From Chloroflexota bacterium (GTDB lineage Bacteria > Chloroflexota > UBA11872 > VXNJ01), in the NCBI GenBank assembly GCA_965261345.1, contig OZ253449.1:608001-672000 (forward strand): DNA of 64,000 nucleotides, read 5' to 3'. Both the position numbers and the translations under genes were made by a program. Of the stretch, positions 63,005 to 64,000 are shown one piece after another (position 1 is the stretch's first letter; the number at the start of each line of letters is the position of its first letter). The notes beneath the pieces were generated by a model. That model was not told where the DNA came from. It searched no databases and worked only from the letters and a program-made list of their open reading frames with translations.

Positions 63005-63427
63005 CTAGCCGGAACTTCGCTGCGCTGCCCGCAAGCGCGAGAGCGCCCGCATCAACCGGATTCGAGCTTCAAGCATCGAATCCAGATCGTAAGCCTCGTG
63101 CAGTTCGCGCTGGGCCTCTTCGCGCGCCTGCTCAGCGCGCTCAAGATCGACTTCGCTGGAGCGTTCCGAGGTGTCGGCCAGGATCGTTACTTGATTCTCT
63201 TGCACTTGCAAAAATCCGCCGCTTACCGCCAACACTTCCTCGACGCCACCGCGGCGGGTAATTACGATTCCGGGTTCCAATTCGGTTAACAGCGGGGCAT
63301 GCCGGGGAAGGATCGCCACCTGCCCGTCAACGCTTGGGGCCACCAGCACGTCAATTCCCGTCTCGGCCACAAGGGCGCGCTCCGGGGTAATCAACTTAAC
63401 GGTCAACTTATCAATGGTTTGAGCCAC
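63005..63427 (-). CDS. atpC: ATP synthase F1 epsilon subunit
   Basis: ITPER, ILPRHAPL, VSGGF, VTILAD. Confidence 0.96.
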   Translation of the reverse strand: MAQTIDKLTVKLITPERALVAETGIDVLVAPSVDGQVAILPRHAPLLTELEPGIVITRRGGVEEVLAVSGGFLQVQENQVTILADTSERSSEVDLERAEQAREEAQRELHEAYDLDSMLEARIRLMRALSRLRAAQRSSG

Positions 63428-63458
63428 TTACGACTCCAAACGGCGCTGGATCATAGGG

Positions 63459-64000
63459 TTACGCGGTCATGGCCATCTGTTCGGCCTTCGCAACCGCCTC
63501 ATCGATCGTGCCGACCATGTAGAAGGCCTGTTCGGGAAGGCTGTCGTGGGTCCCTGCGAGGATCGCGGCAAAACCGCGTACCGTCTCCTCGATGGGGATG
63601 GTGCGTCCCTCAAGTCCGGTAAACACCTCGGCAACGTTCATCGGTTGGGAAAGGAAGCGTTCGATGCGGCGCGCGCGGCCCACGACCAGGCGGTCCGCTT
63701 CGGATAGTTCCTCGATCCCTAGGATGGCGATGATGTCCTGTAAGTCCTTGTAGCGCTGGAGGACCTGTTGGACGCCCCGGGCGACCCGATAGTGTTCCGC
63801 GCCGACGATGTTGGGGTCCAGGATCCGCGATGTCGAAGTGAGCGGATCGACGGCCGGATAGAGGCCGCGGTCGACGATTGAGCGCTCCAGTCGGATGGTG
63901 GCATCCAAGTGCGAGAAGGTCGTAACCGGAGCTGGGTCGGTGTAGTCGTCCGCCGGCACGTAGATGGCTTGCAGCGAAGTGATCGAACCCTTATTCGTCG
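63459..64000 (-). CDS. atpD: ATP synthase F1 beta subunit, C-terminal part (truncated by window edge)
   Basis: [48 protein letters not shown]. Confidence 0.98.
   Translation of the reverse strand, partial: TNKGSITSLQAIYVPADDYTDPAPVTTFSHLDATIRLERSIVDRGLYPAVDPLTSTSRILDPNIVGAEHYRVARGVQQVLQRYKDLQDIIAILGIEELSEADRLVVGRARRIERFLSQPMNVAEVFTGLEGRTIPIEETVRGFAAILAGTHDSLPEQAFYMVGTIDEAVAKAEQMAMTA

Overview
GC-rich bacterial chromosomal segment, most likely Chloroflexota (inference from the DUF2298/TIGR03663-type gene pair, large Alu-containing SRP RNA, LLM monooxygenase and a 23S-5S unit unlinked from 16S). Left to right it carries a LarA-like/MFS/ROK cluster, a peptide ABC binding protein, glpK, an M16 peptidase and moaB; a pentose-phosphate operon (SDR-rpiB-tal-pgi-gnd-zwf-PHP-fbaB) with 5' lesions in gnd and zwf; ffs-dnaX-ybaB-recR; several dehydrogenases; a large PPC-domain surface protein divergent from two membrane glycosyltransferase-like genes; 23S-5S rRNA with its own promoter and an enlarged helix 25; a disrupted Zn/Mn ABC binding-protein gene; tRNA-Ala(TGC) and tRNA-Ile(GAT), the latter abutting a recombinase remnant; a catalytically degenerate SbcCD-like pair; then hisC, hppA, uppP, a CinA/NadD-like fusion, mreB, murA and atpC/atpD. 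The most notable observations are the apparently 'exploded' rRNA operon (Ile-Ala-23S-5S order kept but split by protein genes), the pseudo-enzyme SbcCD-like module, the helix-25 insertion and a tandem C-terminal repeat in the surface protein. All calls come from motif recognition by eye; no database searches were run, and single-base frameshifts may be sequencing errors.
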